From assembly GCF_018350175.1 (NCBI RefSeq), contig NC_058368.1, forward strand, positions 178,376,001-178,440,000: a stretch of DNA of 64,000 bases. Reading direction: 5' to 3'. This stretch comes from Felis catus (lineage: Eukaryota). Positions 62,521-64,000 of the stretch are shown here, piece after piece. The translations under genes and the position numbers were made by a program. The notes below the pieces were generated by a model. It was not told where the DNA came from and did no database searches. It saw nothing but the letters and a program-made list of their open reading frames with translations. How positions within the stretch are numbered: position 1 is the stretch's first letter; each line of letters opens with the position of its first letter.

Positions 62521-63594
62521 CGCTATTTCATTTGACTTCAAGGGAAATCTTATTTAACCCACCACCTGAATTCGCGGGATGGGGAGAAAGTCTGCCCCAC
62601 CCAGGGAGAGATGAAAAACATACATCCAATTGGGTTGTCATGGGAGGAAGGGACCCTCCTGCTCCTGGCCAGGGCCACCCTCTACTGATGGAAAATTGGG
62701 GGAGAGGGGCAGAGGAGCCCCTGTGGGCCTTGACTTTTCTTTTTCGTTTCTCCCCTCTTTCTGTCCCTCCTTCATCCTTCTACATCCTCCTGCGTCCCCC
62801 TCCCCCAATAATTTCTTAGCCATCAGCTACAGGGCAGGCTGAGAGTTAGTGCTGTGGGGGTAAAGGCTGAATTTAAGAAACAGTCTCCCTGCTGTGAGTT
62901 TTCCCTCCAGACCACGCAGAACCGCAACGGCTATCTGTGTCTCATGCAAAAGGGCAAAGTGTGGGTTCACTCTTGTGGGTTCTCCTCAGCTCTCTGTGGT
63001 GCTGAAATGCAGTCTGCTCCCTGGAAGCCTGAGGAGAAGGCACCCTCGTTCCATGCAGGAGCCGCCTCAGTTTCCACCACACACTATGCTTGCACATCAC
63101 AGGGTCCCGCAACACATGGCCTCACCAAAACACACATACTTACACAAAACTATGGGCACAGTCCCACAAGTCCCACTTTGACATTACTGTGTTATACACA
63201 CAGACTCACTCAGCCCATAATACCCTCAGGTGCATCCTCAGGACCCCACACAAGATCCAGACACACGACCACAGAGGCACAGAGACGTGCACACAGCAAT
63301 GCAAAATGGCATCACGATTACCCACATTTATGCAGGCTCAAAGCTGCACAGGCATATAGTCATACCTCAAGGATAGAGGGTGCCTCAGGAGCTATTTCCT
63401 GTCATTCCAGCCCATTAGCTGCCCCTTCAGGGACAAAGGTGGCCTGAGTCTTGGCCAGGGACCCTGAGTAATTTTCTTTACCTATTCAGCGCTTAATTCT
63501 TTCTCAGATCCAAACACATGTCATATTCTGTGCAACAGGGAAGGTGTACTTAATAACATCTGTCCCTGTCATTTGCAGTCCCCTGTGCTGTGTA

Positions 63595-63740
63595 TAACAC
63601 ACACCATCCCATGCCCTGTGAAGTTAGACAGGTCATGTCTAATCATTACTGTAGCAAGAAACTGAGGTTTACCAAGAGTAAAGGATTTGCCTGAAGTGAC
63701 TTAGCCAGAATATGGGATTAGAACTTGGGGTGCAGGGCTC
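63595..63740 (-). mobile_element. MIR SINE fragment
   Basis: aagaaactgaggttt...aaggatttgcctgaagtgact...gggattagaact. Confidence 0.6.
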
Positions 63741-64000
63741 TGTTACTACCTCTTGTTGGCAGGTGGGGATGCTGGGGGCCCCTGAGCTGGGGAGATCTCT
63801 TCTGGGTCCCACCAGATTCAAAGCTTCAGCTTTTGTAAGTGCCAGGGTTTATCTGTCTGTGTCCATGAGGCCTAGAGTCCTGGCTGATGAATAGGATTGG
63901 TAGAGGCTGGCCCCCTGCCTCCTGCCTGTGCTCCCTGCTGGAGAAGAAGGGTGGGGGTGGGGGTGGGGTTGAAGCCACGGGTCAGGAGAGGACCCATCAG

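Noticed and set aside
1..64000. CRISPR arrays, operons or other prokaryotic/viral systems
   Set aside because: The sequence is mammalian and intronic; no regularly spaced repeat-spacer array, gene-dense region or internal ERV coding region was seen.

Overview
Mammalian genomic DNA from a felid, judged from the many SINEC_Fc-type Can-SINEs and carnivore L1 3' ends. The only recognisable protein-coding sequence is the first coding exon of KCNIP1 (KChIP1, a Kv4 channel-interacting calcium sensor). It lies on the minus strand at 61643..61703, encodes MGAVMGTFSSLQTKQRRPSK and ends in a G|GTAAGC donor, next to a CpG-island promoter (~61850-62520). Everything to the left (1..61642) reads as part of the long intron following this exon. 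It is filled with MIR, L2, L1, MaLR/ERVL LTRs, hAT/Tigger relics, microsatellites and several non-repetitive motif-dense blocks that may be enhancers. The remaining ORFs in the track are spurious or L1-derived. I found no convincing new biological system. The most interesting observations are: (1) the KCNIP1 5' leader, with a candidate 139-nt intron containing a uORF, a G-quadruplex and twin Met-Gly starts; (2) a young SINE with clustered A>G changes that forms an inverted pair with a neighbouring SINE; (3) a 3'-truncated, TSD-flanked old L1 nested in another L1; (4) a 20-bp perfect palindrome in unique sequence. Repeat family names come from recall of consensus sequences, and the boundaries of old repeats are approximate.
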